A DNA stretch of 32,000 bases from Raphidiopsis brookii D9 (GTDB lineage Bacteria; Cyanobacteriota; Cyanobacteriia; Cyanobacteriales; Nostocaceae): positions 60,001 through 92,000 of the forward strand of contig ACYB01000035.1 in NCBI GenBank assembly GCA_000175855.1, in the 5' to 3' direction. Positions 30,201-32,000 of this stretch are shown one piece after another (within the stretch, counting starts at the first letter, position 1; each line of letters starts with the position of its first letter). Under the pieces are notes generated by a model. The model ran no database searches. It was given only the letters and a program-made list of their open reading frames with translations, and was not told the DNA's origin. The translations under genes and the position numbers were made by a program.

Positions 30201-30491
30201 TTAGTCCGTATTGAGGATTTTGGGGACTTTGAAAAAGTCACCTTCTTGTTGGGGGGCACTCCTAAGTATGGACTCCCTGTCCGGGTAGGGTTGTAGTTTA
30301 TCTTCCCTAGTCACATTACTCAAGTCAATGGCCCTAGTGGTAGGAGGGACATTGCTAACATCAAGTTCCCCCAGTTGTTCTACATACTCCAAAATGCTTC
30401 CTAACTGGAGGGTAAATTGCTCCTCCTCCTGTGCTGTTAATTCTAGCCGAGCTAGGTTGGCTACTTTGCGGACCTGTTCGCGATCAATCAT
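30201..30491 (-). CDS. gatC: Aspartyl/glutamyl-tRNA amidotransferase subunit C
   Basis: [44 protein letters not shown]...KVPKIL. Confidence 0.95.
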   Translation of the reverse strand: MIDREQVRKVANLARLELTAQEEEQFTLQLGSILEYVEQLGELDVSNVPPTTRAIDLSNVTREDKLQPYPDRESILRSAPQQEGDFFKVPKILNTD

Positions 30492-30534
30492 ATTTTAGCA
30501 ATAAATAATTGGTTATTTAAAATTTGGTTATCGG

Positions 30535-31056
30535 TTAAAAGAATACATCAATTTGCGATCTCCCGGTAGTTTTCAACCAGTTTTGGGCTTCAATGTAGTT
30601 ATTAGGAGCCAGACGAATTGCCCGGATCCAATAGTCTGCGGCCTGGTCAAATAGTGCTTCTCCCTCATCGTTGTCACCCTCTTCCTTTGCTTTTTCGCCC
30701 TTGTAGTGATAAATCACAGCGATGTTATTTAGGGCTTGAGGTAACCGAGGATTCAAATCAATGGCTTTATGATAGAAATCCAGGGCTCGATCATGGTCTC
30801 CATTACTGGCATATATCAGTCCCATGTTGTACACGATAAAACTTTTATCATTGGTATCTTCTTCTAAAGATAGAGCCTCTTCGTAATATTCTAGGGCTTC
30901 GGCATATTCCCCTTCAGCCTGTGCTGACATGCCATCTCGATAGTAGACAAAAGCCTCTTTAGCCTTTTTATTAGTTGGCAGAAGTTTCAGGATTAAATCT
31001 GCCATAACGGTAAAAGACTTGTCAACAAAATTATCGTTTTTCTGTGTTCTTGGCAT
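30535..31056 (-). CDS. ycf3: Photosystem I assembly protein Ycf3 (TPR protein)
   Basis: [62 protein letters not shown]...[28 protein letters not shown]. Confidence 0.96.
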   Translation of the reverse strand: MPRTQKNDNFVDKSFTVMADLILKLLPTNKKAKEAFVYYRDGMSAQAEGEYAEALEYYEEALSLEEDTNDKSFIVYNMGLIYASNGDHDRALDFYHKAIDLNPRLPQALNNIAVIYHYKGEKAKEEGDNDEGEALFDQAADYWIRAIRLAPNNYIEAQNWLKTTGRSQIDVFF

Positions 31057-31086
31057 ATTTACCCCTAAAGTAACATCATTGCAAAT

Positions 31087-32000
31087 TTAGCTGTTCTTAG
31101 CTGTTCTTAAATGTAAGGCATCACGAGCTTGTTCTCTATCATCAAAATGGATTTTTTCCGTGCCGAGAATTTGATAATCTTCGTGACCTTTACCTGCTAA
31201 TAATACACCATCACCTGGTTGAGCTTCCAGTATAGCAGTATGAATAGCTCTAGCGCGATCGCCAATTACCAGTCTTGACACATCCTCGGGCATACCGGTC
31301 AAGATATCTTCTAATATTGCATCTGGGTTTTCAGTGCGTGGATTGTCAGAGGTTACCACGACCACATCTGCTAAATCCGCTGCAATTCTACCCATTTTTG
31401 GACGTTTTGTTTTATCCCTATCCCCTCCACAGCCAAAGACACAAATAATTCTTCCTGGTATAAATGGACGAGCAGCTTTAAGTAAATTTTCCAGACTATC
31501 AGGGGTATGAGCATAATCCACAATAACGCTAATATCCTGATGAGGATCGATTTGAATTCGTTCCATTCTGCCAGGCACACCTGGAAAATTAGGTATATAA
31601 TCTACCACAGTTTCCAAATCCAACCCTAAGTGTAGGACCGCAGCTACAGCTGCCAAAAGATTTTCTAAGTTATACTGTCCCACCAGGGGAGAGCTAAAAG
31701 GGGAATTACCCTCAGGAGTATGTAAAATACCACTGACACCATGAGGTTGATAATTTAGATCACTCACCCAGAAATCGGCACTAGTATTATTAATGCTGTA
31801 TGTCCAAAGCTGCTGTTTATCCAAACCAATAGTTAAACGTTGTCCATATTGATCATCAATATTAATAACTGCTCTTCCTTGGAGATAGTCAGGAGTAAAT
31901 AACAAAGCCTTAGCTCGAAAATAATCTTCCATATCTTGGTGATAATCAAGATGATCTTGAGTAAGATTAGTAAACACAGAAACCTCAAAGGGACAGCCAA
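31087..32000 (-). CDS. murE: UDP-N-acetylmuramoyl-L-alanyl-D-glutamate--2,6-diaminopimelate ligase (5' end outside window)
   Basis: FTNLTQDHLDYHQDMEDYFRAKALLF; VIVDYAHTPDSLENLL; VFGCGGDRDKTKRPKMG; TSDNPRTENPDAILEDI; GKGHEDYQ. The reading frame continues upstream to the window edge (LAVPFEVSVFTNL). Confidence 0.95.
   Translation of the reverse strand, partial: GCPFEVSVFTNLTQDHLDYHQDMEDYFRAKALLFTPDYLQGRAVINIDDQYGQRLTIGLDKQQLWTYSINNTSADFWVSDLNYQPHGVSGILHTPEGNSPFSSPLVGQYNLENLLAAVAAVLHLGLDLETVVDYIPNFPGVPGRMERIQIDPHQDISVIVDYAHTPDSLENLLKAARPFIPGRIICVFGCGGDRDKTKRPKMGRIAADLADVVVVTSDNPRTENPDAILEDILTGMPEDVSRLVIGDRARAIHTAILEAQPGDGVLLAGKGHEDYQILGTEKIHFDDREQARDALHLRTAKNS

Noticed and set aside
1-32000. 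Search for CRISPR arrays, transposases/IS ends, prophage genes, toxin-antitoxin pairs, or a natural-product cluster
   Set aside because: No regularly spaced direct repeats, transposase motifs, phage structural genes or NRPS/PKS/RiPP genes were seen. Gene content is predominantly housekeeping.

Overview
This 32 kb window is chromosomal sequence from a filamentous cyanobacterium. The order Nostocales (Raphidiopsis/Cylindrospermopsis-like) is an inference from protein style, AT-richness and frequent HIP1 octamers. Most of it is core housekeeping content: cysW (3' end), ileS, plsY, an M3 oligopeptidase, acylphosphatase, dnaE N-terminal half, an EamA transporter, a CsoR/InrS-like regulator, an HhoA/B-type Deg protease, a photolyase, a DUF255/YyaL thioredoxin-fold protein, gltX, a HAD phosphatase, an HPPD-like dioxygenase, an SDR, argS, zipN/ftn2, gatC, ycf3 and murE (5'-truncated by the window), plus tRNA-Gln(UUG) and tRNA-Asp(GUC). 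I saw no CRISPR array, transposase, prophage or biosynthetic cluster. The main items worth a second look are: (1) dnaE is the N-half of a naturally split gene ending in a 107-aa DnaE Int-N split-intein fragment; (2) an untracked 51-aa ORF at 29957-30112 preceded by a textbook NtcA-type promoter (GTAACGTAAGTTAC-N21-TAAAAT), possibly a PII-interacting/PirA-like small protein; (3) a probable frameshifted gene at 6637-7354 whose N-terminal 35-aa module is tandemly duplicated; (4) a second probable frameshifted membrane-protein gene at 22210-22531; (5) four convergent gene pairs with overlapping 3' ends.
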